A DNA stretch of 64,000 bases from contig JBMFNR010000002.1 of assembly GCA_049970055.1 (NCBI GenBank), forward strand, positions 84,406 to 148,405, given 5' to 3'. A program made the position numbers and the translations under genes. The notes below the pieces were generated by a model. The model did no database searches, had not been told where the DNA came from, and saw only the letters and a program-made list of their open reading frames with translations. This document shows, in pieces, positions 1-9,401 of this stretch. This stretch comes from Fervidobacterium sp. GTDB lineage: Bacteria > Thermotogota > Thermotogae > Thermotogales > Fervidobacteriaceae. Position 1 is the first letter of the stretch; each line of letters begins with the position of its first letter.

Positions 1-1
1 A

Positions 2-568
2 GGTGAGATATTATTCCACGAAAAAAATATCTACGACAAAGATGTTGACATATATGCACTTAGAAGACGTATTGGTATGGTTTTTCAAAAACCTACGCCA
101 TTTCCAATGTCGATATACGACAATATAGCGTACGGGTTGAAGCTCATCGGAATAACTGATAAAAAAGAGCTAAAAGAAAAGGTTCGGTGGTCACTCGAAA
201 AGGCCGCACTTTGGGACGAGGTTAAAGATGATTTAGAAAAAAGCGCACTCAAGCTATCGGGTGGTCAGCAACAGAGGTTATGTATTGCAAGAGCGATCGC
301 CGTTGAACCCGAGGTGATTTTGTTCGATGAACCAACAAGCGCATTAGATCCGGTTGCTACACAAAAGATTGAAAACCTTATCGAAGAATTATCGCAAGAA
401 TTCACAATAATCGTAGTAACGCACAATATTGGTCAAGCCTCAAGGATTTCGGATTATACACTTTTTATGTACCAAGGGGAAATAATAGAACAAAATAATA
501 CTTCAGAAATTTTGCGTAACCCACAACACGAGATCACACAACAGTTTTTAAGTGGTAAAATAGGTTAA
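2..568 (+). CDS. pstB: Phosphate ABC transporter ATP-binding protein (5'-truncated by window edge)
   Basis: Frame is open from position 2 ([34 protein letters not shown]). [14 protein letters not shown] signature, DEPTSALDP Walker B, followed by phoU. Confidence 0.95.
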   Translation, partial: GEILFHEKNIYDKDVDIYALRRRIGMVFQKPTPFPMSIYDNIAYGLKLIGITDKKELKEKVRWSLEKAALWDEVKDDLEKSALKLSGGQQQRLCIARAIAVEPEVILFDEPTSALDPVATQKIENLIEELSQEFTIIVVTHNIGQASRISDYTLFMYQGEIIEQNNTSEILRNPQHEITQQFLSGKIG

Positions 569-588
569 GAAAGTGAGGTGAAATAGCT

Positions 589-1236
589 ATGACTGAACAG
601 ACGCGTCATTTTGAAAAGGAGTTTTCTTTACTTCGTGCAGAACTTGTTAAAATGGTTTCATTGGTTAGTGACTCGGTTGATCTGGCATCAAAGTCTTTTG
701 AAAATTTAGACAAAAACATTGCAAAAAAGGTTATTGAACTTGACAATGAGATAGATAATCTGAATAGAGAAATAGAAAACCTCGTCTTTGAAATAATCGC
801 AAGGTTTAATCCACTTGGAAAGGAACTTAGATACGTCGTCGCCGCAGTGAAACTTGCAAATAATCTCGAAAGAATTGCAGACCACGCGTGTAATTTCGCC
901 GAAAGAACAATTTGGATAATACAGAATATCGCGGATTTTAAACCTTCCCTACTTGTCAAGGAAATGTTTGGTACAGTTATCAATATGCTCCAAAAAACAG
1001 TGATTGCGTTCTCCAAGAGAGATATAAATCTTGCCATAGAAACGTGGAAAATGGATGATGTAGTAGATGAACTTGACAGGAAGATAATTAACGATGTTGA
1101 AGGGATTGAACCCCATACACTTGTTTTATATGTACTATTTTCAAGAGATCTTGAACGTATTGCAGACCACCTTACAAATGTGTGTGAAGAGATAGTCTTT
1201 ATCGAAACAGGAAAGGAGCTGAAAGCTCTTCTATGA
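589..1236 (+). CDS. phoU: Phosphate transport system regulator PhoU
   Basis: Two LERIADH repeats, D..ID/D..VD motifs, pst context, SD GAGGTG upstream. Confidence 0.95.
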   Translation: MTEQTRHFEKEFSLLRAELVKMVSLVSDSVDLASKSFENLDKNIAKKVIELDNEIDNLNREIENLVFEIIARFNPLGKELRYVVAAVKLANNLERIADHACNFAERTIWIIQNIADFKPSLLVKEMFGTVINMLQKTVIAFSKRDINLAIETWKMDDVVDELDRKIINDVEGIEPHTLVLYVLFSRDLERIADHLTNVCEEIVFIETGKELKALL

Positions 1237-1919
1237 ATGTGCTAATTGTTGAAGACGAACGTGTGATTGCCGAAAGTTTGCAAAGGTTATTGAAAAGTGA
1301 AGGATTCGATTGCGACCTGGCTGGCGGAATCAATGAGATGTACAAAAAACTTGAGAATAATACATACGATGTCATTTTACTCGATTTGATGCTACCAGAT
1401 GGAAACGCGATTAACGAGATTCAAACACTTAGAAGTGATTTCCCAGACACCGGAATTATTGTAATTTCCGCCAAAAATGCCGATATAGATAAGATACTTG
1501 GAATTGAACTTGGTGCCGATGATTACGTAGGGAAACCTTTTAATCCAAGAGAAGTTGTTGCACGCGTTAAGTCGTATTTAAGGCGTACAAAGGGATTAAG
1601 AGAGGTAATTAGATACGGCAAACTCGAAATATATCCATCTGATTACGTTGTTATGTACAATGGAAAACCCATTGAACTTACGTCCAAAGAATTTGCAATA
1701 CTACGATTACTAGCTCAGAGACCGGATAGAGTATTTTCTCGTGATGAGATCCTCGAGACTATATGGGTTGACGAATACGAGGTCTTCGATAGGGTTGTTG
1801 ATGTACACATAAACAGCCTGAGAAAAAAAATCGGAAAAAACTGGATCGTTACGGTAAGAGGGGTAGGATACAAATTCTCGAAAAAAGGAGATAAAGTATT
1901 GGATGAAAATAAGTGGTGA
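1233..1919 (+). CDS. phoB: OmpR/PhoB-family response regulator
   Basis: REC domain (VEDE, LDLMLPD, GADDYVGKPF) and winged helix (VDVHINSLRKKI, TVRGVGY). ATGA overlap with phoU. Confidence 0.85.
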   Translation: MNVLIVEDERVIAESLQRLLKSEGFDCDLAGGINEMYKKLENNTYDVILLDLMLPDGNAINEIQTLRSDFPDTGIIVISAKNADIDKILGIELGADDYVGKPFNPREVVARVKSYLRRTKGLREVIRYGKLEIYPSDYVVMYNGKPIELTSKEFAILRLLAQRPDRVFSRDEILETIWVDEYEVFDRVVDVHINSLRKKIGKNWIVTVRGVGYKFSKKGDKVLDENKW

Positions 1920-2874
1920 GCTTAGAAGTATTTTAAATGCTATTGATGATGCTATTTTCATACTTGAACAGTCGAACATAGTTTTCGCTAACAAAGGTGC
2001 TGAAAGTTACTTTGGAGAGTGCGAAGGAAGTAACATTCTTGACTTTCTGATTTTTGAAAAATCTACCATTCTGGTAGAAGCTATACACGAGATGAAGCCT
2101 GTGGATTTTGAATCAAAAGTCTTTCTCACCAAACGTGGAGGATGGGGTAGTTTTCATTTTAAGTACGTACCTCAATCTCAGACTCTCATATTAAAAGACA
2201 TCACACTTGCCAAAAACGTTGAAGAAGCAAAAGTAAATATGTCTGTACTGATCTCTCACGAGTTGAAGACACCTATTGGAGCTATGAAAGTTTTTCTTTC
2301 TGATTTATTAGAAAACGAAGAAGAGAAAGAAAAAATTGGAAAACTATGGGAGATTGCTAAGCAAGTCCAAAGACTCGAAAGGATAATACAACAAATCGAG
2401 TACATTACGATGGCACAACTTGGAATTTACGAGCCAAAAAAGGAACATGTAAACGTACATAAGATACTTTCAGAAGTACTTGAAGATGTTGAAGAGTTAG
2501 TGAAGGCAAAGAATATAAGGATTGAAACGAAGGTCTCCACAAAGTTTATTAACACTGATGTGTTTATTTTTCGAACGATACTGAAAAACCTACTTTCCAA
2601 CGCGATAAAGTACTCATTTGATAATTCAACAGTTATCGTCGATATATCTGACGAAAGGTTAATCGTTCAGGATTTCGGCGTCGGAGTGGCCGATTCTGAG
2701 AAGGAGAAAATATTCGAAAGGTTCTATAGAACACCAACGGCTGTAAAAATGGCCTCAGGATCTGGACTTGGCTTATCAGTTGTTAAGCATCTTGCAAATG
2801 TTGTGAATTACAAAATTGAATTTGAGTCTCAACATCTAATAGGAACTAAGGTAAGTGTGTGGTTCCAAAGTTAA
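1903..2874 (+). CDS. phoR: Sensor histidine kinase (PAS-like, HisKA, HATPase), PhoR-like
   Basis: H-box SHELKTPI, N-box NLLSNAIKY, G1 DFGVG, F-box IFERFYR, G2 GSGLGL. No obvious transmembrane helix. Confidence 0.8.
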   Translation: MKISGELRSILNAIDDAIFILEQSNIVFANKGAESYFGECEGSNILDFLIFEKSTILVEAIHEMKPVDFESKVFLTKRGGWGSFHFKYVPQSQTLILKDITLAKNVEEAKVNMSVLISHELKTPIGAMKVFLSDLLENEEEKEKIGKLWEIAKQVQRLERIIQQIEYITMAQLGIYEPKKEHVNVHKILSEVLEDVEELVKAKNIRIETKVSTKFINTDVFIFRTILKNLLSNAIKYSFDNSTVIVDISDERLIVQDFGVGVADSEKEKIFERFYRTPTAVKMASGSGLGLSVVKHLANVVNYKIEFESQHLIGTKVSVWFQS

Positions 2875-2943
2875 ATTTAACAGCAAGTCTCTCCTCAATA
2901 CCCTCTGTGATAAAATGTACCAAACGAACAATAAAAAAATAAC

Positions 2944-2968
2944 AAAACACCCCTGTTGGGGTGTTTTT
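2944..2968. terminator. Bidirectional intrinsic terminator between phoR and infB
   Basis: AAAACACCCC-TGTT-GGGGTGTTTTT hairpin between convergent genes. Confidence 0.8.
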
Positions 2969-2990
2969 CATGTATTTCAATTTTGTATTT

Positions 2991-5063
2991 TTACTCATCT
3001 TCCTCTTGTTCTTCTTGTTCATCTTCTACAATAGCTGTTAGTTTTCTTGGAACTTTCTTTATGATGTAAAATTCTAATTCGTCACCTTCTTTTACATCGT
3101 CAAAGTTTAAGAACTTAATTCCACATTCCTGGGGAGCACTAACTTTGCTTACGTCTTGTTGGTAGTGTTTTAGCGATTCAATTTTCCCTTCAAATACCAG
3201 AGAACCGTTTCTGTACAACCTAACAAATCCAGATTTTTCTACGTAACCATCGTACATTTGTACACCTGCAATGTTACCAAACTTGTGTATTTTAAATACT
3301 TTCTTTATTTCACCACTTCCAGTTTTTTCTTCCACTTCCTCTGGTTCAAGCATACCTTCAAGTGCAGCTTTCAGTTCTTCGAGAAGTTTGTATATGATTG
3401 TGTATGTTTTGATCTGTACACCTTCGCTTTCCGCCAATCTCGAGGCCTGGCTATCTGCTTTTACCCTAAAACCAAGTATGATGGCCTCAGATGCACTGGC
3501 AAGCATAACATCACTTGAATTTATTGCACCGACCGCTCCATGTACAATTTCTATGTCGATCTCGTTTGTTCGTAGCTTCGCAATCGCGTTTCGAAGAGCT
3601 TGCAAAGAACCAACGGTATCTGCTTTAATTATAAGTTTCAGTTCCCGCTTTTCCTCTTCTTGCATTTTTTTCAGTATCTCTTCGAGCTTTACTTGTCGCT
3701 TTTTCCTTAATTCGCGGGCTTCAATTTCTTTGACTTTTTCAACGATCTCCAAGGCTCTTTCTTTAGATTCAACAACGTAGATTATACTGTGCGGATCGGG
3801 AAGTTCCTCAAAACCAACGATCATGACTGGTGTTGATGGCTCAGCTTCTTTTAATCTCCTTCCCTTGTCGTCTATGAGTGCTTTGACTTTCCCAAGCACC
3901 TTACCAGCAATGATGTAATCACCAACTTTTAAAACACCATCTTTAACTATAGCATTGGCAACGGGTCCGTAGCCTTTATCAAGTCTTGTTTCAATTGTAA
4001 CCGCCCTGACCGGTTCATCTGGTATGCATCTTATATCCTGCATTTCGGCAACAAGGAGTATCATTTCAAGTAGTGTATCTATGTTTATTCCATTTCTTGC
4101 GGAAATCGGAACAACTATTGTATCTCCACCCCAATCTTCCGGTATTAAGTTCAACTTTGTTACAAGCTCTTGTTTTGTCATATCTACATTCGCGTTTGGC
4201 TTATCAATTTTGTTTATAGCTACGATTATCGGTACATTCGCAGACTTTGCATGATTGTATGCTTCAATCGTTTGAGGCATAACACCATCATCAGCTGCAA
4301 CAACGAGAACAACTATATCCGTCGCTTGTGCGCCGCGTGCACGCATTTCTGTAAAAACTTCGTGTCCAGGTGTATCTATAAACGTTATTTTCTTGCCATT
4401 AACAATAACTTGATACGCACCAATACTTTGAGTGATTCCGCCTTCTTCTTTTTCAGCAACCTTCGTTTTTCTTATGTAATCCAAGAGAGTTGTTTTCCCA
4501 TGGTCAACATGGCCCATAACGGTGACAACCGGCGGTCTGTTCACAAGTTTCTCTTTATTATTTTGGTATATCTCATCGAAACGCCTTTTGAGTTCATCAA
4601 GCGGGTTTTCAAGTTGAACTAGTTCTTTCGTTTTTGTCTCATCTTCTTCAAATGTTAACCTAACATCGTACATTTTTGCTATTCTTTTTGCAAGCGAAAT
4701 AGAGATGGATTGACCAGGTTTGAGTACCTCGCCTTTCATGAAAAAATCTTGGATTATTCTATTTTGAGGTATCTTTATTTTTTCCGCAAATTTGTCAAGT
4801 TTTAAGTCTTCTTCTGTTATGTGAACAAGAGGCTTTTTTGTTTCCGCCTTCTCTTTAGACGGTTCACGAGATTTTGCAAGTGTCAATTCCTCCTCTTCAT
4901 CAAGAGTTTGCTTATATATATCAAGGAGTATGTTCACCGTCTCTTCATCGATGAAGCTCATGTGACTTTTAACTTCAATACCAAGTTCCTCCAACTCGTG
5001 GAGGAGTTCTTTCGTGTCCATATCTAATTGCTTTGCCAATTCGTATACCCTTAAGCGCGCCAA
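2991..5063 (-). CDS. infB: Translation initiation factor IF-2
   Basis: IF2_N (RVYELAK), [19 protein letters not shown]. Start moved to TTG at 5063 behind SD AAGGAGGTG. Confidence 0.97.
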   Translation of the reverse strand: MARLRVYELAKQLDMDTKELLHELEELGIEVKSHMSFIDEETVNILLDIYKQTLDEEEELTLAKSREPSKEKAETKKPLVHITEEDLKLDKFAEKIKIPQNRIIQDFFMKGEVLKPGQSISISLAKRIAKMYDVRLTFEEDETKTKELVQLENPLDELKRRFDEIYQNNKEKLVNRPPVVTVMGHVDHGKTTLLDYIRKTKVAEKEEGGITQSIGAYQVIVNGKKITFIDTPGHEVFTEMRARGAQATDIVVLVVAADDGVMPQTIEAYNHAKSANVPIIVAINKIDKPNANVDMTKQELVTKLNLIPEDWGGDTIVVPISARNGINIDTLLEMILLVAEMQDIRCIPDEPVRAVTIETRLDKGYGPVANAIVKDGVLKVGDYIIAGKVLGKVKALIDDKGRRLKEAEPSTPVMIVGFEELPDPHSIIYVVESKERALEIVEKVKEIEARELRKKRQVKLEEILKKMQEEEKRELKLIIKADTVGSLQALRNAIAKLRTNEIDIEIVHGAVGAINSSDVMLASASEAIILGFRVKADSQASRLAESEGVQIKTYTIIYKLLEELKAALEGMLEPEEVEEKTGSGEIKKVFKIHKFGNIAGVQMYDGYVEKSGFVRLYRNGSLVFEGKIESLKHYQQDVSKVSAPQECGIKFLNFDDVKEGDELEFYIIKKVPRKLTAIVEDEQEEQEEDE

Positions 5064-5173
5064 TAAATCCACCTCCTTGGTTCTACATGGAATATTATAG
5101 CACATATTTTCAGTTTTATTTATCATGTTCAAGCAAATGAAAAAAATGTTCGAAATTCGTTAAAATTACCGCT

Positions 5174-6171
5174 CTATGATACAAATCTCATCTTTATATT
5201 GCCTTTTACAGCATCTACTTTTATCCATTCGAAAAACGCATTTATAGTATCTTCGACACTTCTTGGTTTGTAATCTATGGCCTCTTTCAATTTCTTATGT
5301 GAATAAGTATAGTTTAGTCTGAGCGTGTGGAGTGCATATGGTACGAATTCCACAGGAACGCCAAAAAGTGTATTTGCGGTAATCATCAAATAACTTACAA
5401 AATCAGCTGGAAGATCACTTAAAACTTTGTAATCCTTTGCCCCACAAAGTTTTGGCAAGTTTTCAAAATACAGATCATGTCCAGAAACGATGAATTTTTC
5501 GTGGTTTGTTTTTATATTTTTGTTAAATAATTCGTATAATTTGATAATGCTATTAGCAACATCTCTTACATCCACAAAGTCGAACTTGCCAGATACGGTA
5601 ACTCTCAATTTACCCTCTTTATATTTCACTAAAACCCTCGAAAAATACGACCATTTATAATCGTAAGGACCAAATATCCCAGTTGGAAAGACAATAAATC
5701 CATCTAAACCTTCTTTGAAGGCGTTTAAGACCATTTTTGTCGCTATCGCTTTCGATTTTCCATAATCTCCGACAATGTTATCTTCATCTATCGGTGTATC
5801 TTCGGTTATTTTTGAACCAGGACTAACTTCTGAGAATGCATGTACACTGCTGACGTATACCACAGGGATTTGTTTCTTTTTAGCAAAGTTTAATACATTT
5901 TCTGTTCCACCGACATTGACAGAATAAACGAGTTTACCCTGATATTTAGTTATAGATATGATCGAAGCAAGATGAAAGATAATATCGATACCTTTAAGAA
6001 CGTCTGATAAATCTTGACGAACATCGCCATAGACAACCTCAACGGGGACAAACTGCAATGAATAAAGATTATCTTTTGGGTGGACTAATACACGCACCTT
6101 CTCACCTTTTTCGACAAGGATCTAACTAAAACATTACCAAGGTGTCCCGTCCCGCCAGTAACTAAAATCAT
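5174..6171 (-). pseudogene. NAD-dependent epimerase/dehydratase (extended SDR), frameshifted near codon 17
   Basis: ATG at 6171 encodes MILVTGGTGHLGNVLV (Rossmann GxxGxxG) but is one base out of frame with the body (..LVEKGEKVRVLVHP..YGKSK). Indel near 6120. Could be a sequencing error. Confidence 0.75.
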
Positions 6172-6172
6172 T

Positions 6173-6613
6173 TCACTCATTTCTTATTGCCTTATTTGAA
6201 AAATCCAAAAGTGTATCGAAACTTTCGTTTAACTTCTGAACTTTCTCAGGTTCAAGTGATTTAAAAACACTTTCGATTATTTTGGAAAAAGATTTCAAGA
6301 AATTGTTGTAAATCTTCTTACCTTTCTCAGATAGACAAATGCGCGTAAATCTTCTATCAAGTTCATCCTCCACCATTTCTATTAGATCGCTTTTAGACAA
6401 TCTCTTTAAAGCCATACTTACTGTACTTCTTGAAATTCCAAGTTTTTTCGAAACTTCACTATTAAATACCCTTTGGTTTGTACCGATGAGCAAAAAGATA
6501 TACAACTCGGTTGTACTCATTTTTTCAAGTTCTGACACTTTTGGTATGAAGTTCACAAAATTCATTGTCATTTCCATAATCTTTTGGACAATCTCCTCAA
6601 CCTCCACTGTCAT
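6173..6613 (-). CDS. MarR-family transcriptional regulator
   Basis: wHTH (LGISRSTVSMALKRL) with DELDRR..I.LSEKG wing motif. Confidence 0.9.
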   Translation of the reverse strand: MTVEVEEIVQKIMEMTMNFVNFIPKVSELEKMSTTELYIFLLIGTNQRVFNSEVSKKLGISRSTVSMALKRLSKSDLIEMVEDELDRRFTRICLSEKGKKIYNNFLKSFSKIIESVFKSLEPEKVQKLNESFDTLLDFSNKAIRNE

Positions 6614-6927
6614 ATTCTCACCTCTTTCTTACTAATGATCTATCCATAGTGAATTATAGTACACCATGATTCACACTATCGTACACTATTACATTAGGCC
6701 GTTCAAATTATAAATAGTTCAAAAAATAAATTATATGCCTTACAATTGCATTAGCATAGAGAAATTTTGAAATTTTCCTCTATAAGATACGCATACTAAC
6801 TAATTCTTACGTATACTCGCTTATTTTCCTCTATGATTTGTATTGCTATGTTTAGGTTTTAAACCTGCAAGAGTTAAAATTTTTCTGTATCTTTATCCTA
6901 TCATTTATATTAAAGGAGGCTCCACGT

Positions 6928-8559
6928 ATGGCAACTACAGGAAGGTGGAATTGGTCGGAAGTTAACAAAGTTAACTTCTCGAAGATTCGAACAACGATCG
7001 AAACAGCCTTTTATGGTAATAACGTTGAGCTTCTAACATCGAGACGAGAAGCATACAAAAAAGCGATGCGCTCTCCGGGAACAATAGTCACAGACTTATC
7101 TGTTTACAAGCCAGAACTTCTCAATTTGGATGAAGGAACAAAGATTCTTCTATTTAACGATGGAGCTACCGTTGGTAGATTTTCAGGAGCCAGAAAGATC
7201 TTAGGTATGCCAGGAGTAAATGAAGACCAACTTGCTGAGGTCGTGCGTGAAGCTATTTACGGTACAAGGTACAGGAAGTTGTACCATGCAATAAGTTACA
7301 CAGGACTACATTACGATTTTATTGTGAAAAACCACATACTTATCCCTGAAGGTTTTGAAAACACAGTTTACAGTTGGTTGCTAAATTTCCAAGACTTGAC
7401 ACCAGAGTACTCTTTGATGTATGAAAATTCAAAAATACTAAACGAACCTGATATATACATTTTTACCGATCCTGATTGGTCACATTCGGATTTTCCAGGT
7501 GGACTTGCATTATTTGATCCAAAAAACAACTGCGCGGCGTTGCTCGGACTAAGGTATTTTGGGGAGTTTAAGAAAGGCACACTTACGCTTGGGTGGTCCA
7601 TTGGAAACAGGCATGGATACGTTGCTTGCCATGGGGGTTTAAAAAAATATGAGCTTGATGGGAAACATTTCGTTGCAGCTTTTTTTGGATTGTCTGGATC
7701 GGGAAAGTCAACACTCACTCACGCTAAGCATAAAGGTAAGTACAACATCACAGTACTACATGACGACGCGTTGGTAATCAACCTTGAAGATCTTTCATCC
7801 ATCGCTCTTGAACCTTCTTACTTTGACAAAACTTCCGATTATCCTCTTACTAGTGAAGACAATAAATATCTGCTAACAATTCAAAACTGCGGCGCAACAA
7901 TTGACGAAGGCGGTAAAGTTGTTCCGGTCATGGAAGACATACGGAACGGAAATGGGAGGGCAATTAAATCGAAACTATGGTCACCAAATAGAGTTGACAA
8001 GATAGAAGAACCGATAAACGCGATTTTCTGGATAATGAAAGATCCAGTCTTACCACCCATCGTAAAAGTAGAAGATCCCGTACTTGCATCGACTATGGGA
8101 GCTACACTGGCAACTAAAAGAACATCGGCGGAAAAACTCTTACCAGGTGTGGACCCGGAGGCGCTCGTCTTTGAACCGTACGCTAACCCATTTAGAACTT
8201 ATCCACTTTCAGAGGACTATCATAAATTTAGAGCGTTATTTGAAAAGGGTGTGGAATGTTACATTGTGAATACGGGGTTTTATCTGAACAAAAAGGTACC
8301 AAAAGAGGTAACTTTGGAGATAATTGAACAAATTGTTGAGAAGAAAGCAAAGTTTGTTGATTGGTTTGGCGGGCTTAAAACCATGGAAATCGCTGGCTTT
8401 GAAGTGAGACCATCGGATTACGAGTACAGAGAACTTGTCAAAGTTTCACTAGAAAAGCGCATAGAGTTTATTAAAAGTAAAGAAGTAGAAAACCAAGGGT
8501 ACGATAGACTTCCAGAAGAATGCCTTTATTCAATAAATAATCTTATAGCGCTTTTATAA
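6928..8559 (+). CDS. pckA: Phosphoenolpyruvate carboxykinase (ATP)-like protein
   Basis: YFGEFKKG, ACHGG, P-loop FFGLSGSGKSTL, LHDD metal motif, NTG near the C-terminus. SD AAGGAGG. Confidence 0.75.
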   Translation: MATTGRWNWSEVNKVNFSKIRTTIETAFYGNNVELLTSRREAYKKAMRSPGTIVTDLSVYKPELLNLDEGTKILLFNDGATVGRFSGARKILGMPGVNEDQLAEVVREAIYGTRYRKLYHAISYTGLHYDFIVKNHILIPEGFENTVYSWLLNFQDLTPEYSLMYENSKILNEPDIYIFTDPDWSHSDFPGGLALFDPKNNCAALLGLRYFGEFKKGTLTLGWSIGNRHGYVACHGGLKKYELDGKHFVAAFFGLSGSGKSTLTHAKHKGKYNITVLHDDALVINLEDLSSIALEPSYFDKTSDYPLTSEDNKYLLTIQNCGATIDEGGKVVPVMEDIRNGNGRAIKSKLWSPNRVDKIEEPINAIFWIMKDPVLPPIVKVEDPVLASTMGATLATKRTSAEKLLPGVDPEALVFEPYANPFRTYPLSEDYHKFRALFEKGVECYIVNTGFYLNKKVPKEVTLEIIEQIVEKKAKFVDWFGGLKTMEIAGFEVRPSDYEYRELVKVSLEKRIEFIKSKEVENQGYDRLPEECLYSINNLIALL

Positions 8560-8704
8560 GACGATAATATTTAGTTTACCAAAAATTTACCTTTCGTTAA
8601 TTTACAATTGTTTATACATAATATAAAATTATACTAGGTTTCAAAAAAATACTATATATTTAAACTTTGGAGTAAAAACGAATTGAAAGTGAGGAGGTGT
8701 TTTC

Positions 8705-9343
8705 ATGGGTTTACCACTTATAGGTGAGAAAGTTCCAGAATTTACAGCAAAAACAACGCACGGGGTTATAAACTTTCCAAAGGACTACGAAGGGAAATGG
8801 GTAGTTCTTTTCAGTCACCCAGCAGACTTTACACCCGTTTGTACGACAGAATTCGTTGCATTTCAAAAAAGGTTTGATGAATTTAAAGCATTAAACACCG
8901 AGCTTATCGGTTTGAGCATCGACCAGGTGTTTTCACACATCAAGTGGGTAGAGTGGATAAAAGAAAAACTCGGAATTGAAATCAAGTTCCCAATTATAGC
9001 AGACGACAGAGGGCAAATAGCTGAACTATTCGGTATGATTCACCCAGGGAAGGGCACAAACACAGTAAGAGCGGTGTTTATAATCGACCCTAAAGGTATT
9101 CTAAGAGCTTCGCTATACTATCCACAAGAACTTGGAAGGAATATGGACGAAATACTGAGAATGGTAAAAGGATTGCAAGTTGTTGACGCTAACGGAGTTG
9201 CGCTTCCGGCAAATTGGCCAAATAATGAACTGGTGAATGACGAGGTAATAATCCCACCGGCAAGTGATTGTGAAACAGCTGTAAAAAGACCTCAAGAATA
9301 CGACTGTTATGATTGGTGGTTCTGCCACAAAAAGCTGAAATAA
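8705..9343 (+). CDS. Peroxiredoxin (Prx6/TDXH type)
   Basis: [15 protein letters not shown] peroxidatic motif, C-terminal CYDWWFC. Confidence 0.93.
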   Translation: MGLPLIGEKVPEFTAKTTHGVINFPKDYEGKWVVLFSHPADFTPVCTTEFVAFQKRFDEFKALNTELIGLSIDQVFSHIKWVEWIKEKLGIEIKFPIIADDRGQIAELFGMIHPGKGTNTVRAVFIIDPKGILRASLYYPQELGRNMDEILRMVKGLQVVDANGVALPANWPNNELVNDEVIIPPASDCETAVKRPQEYDCYDWWFCHKKLK

Positions 9344-9367
9344 AATACATAGCTATAACAATTACAT

Positions 9368-9400
9368 AAATAAGCGGGAGATTTTTCTCCCGCTTATTTT
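9368..9400. terminator. Bidirectional intrinsic terminator
   Basis: AAATAAGCGGGAG-ATTTTT-CTCCCGCTTATTTT between convergent prx and glgP. Confidence 0.85.
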
Positions 9401-9401
9401 A

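Noticed and set aside
5064..5132. N-terminal extensions given by the ORF track (infB, also glgP, sufU, hutU, GT at 18661)
   Set aside because: Strong SD sequences and promoter elements support the downstream starts used here.
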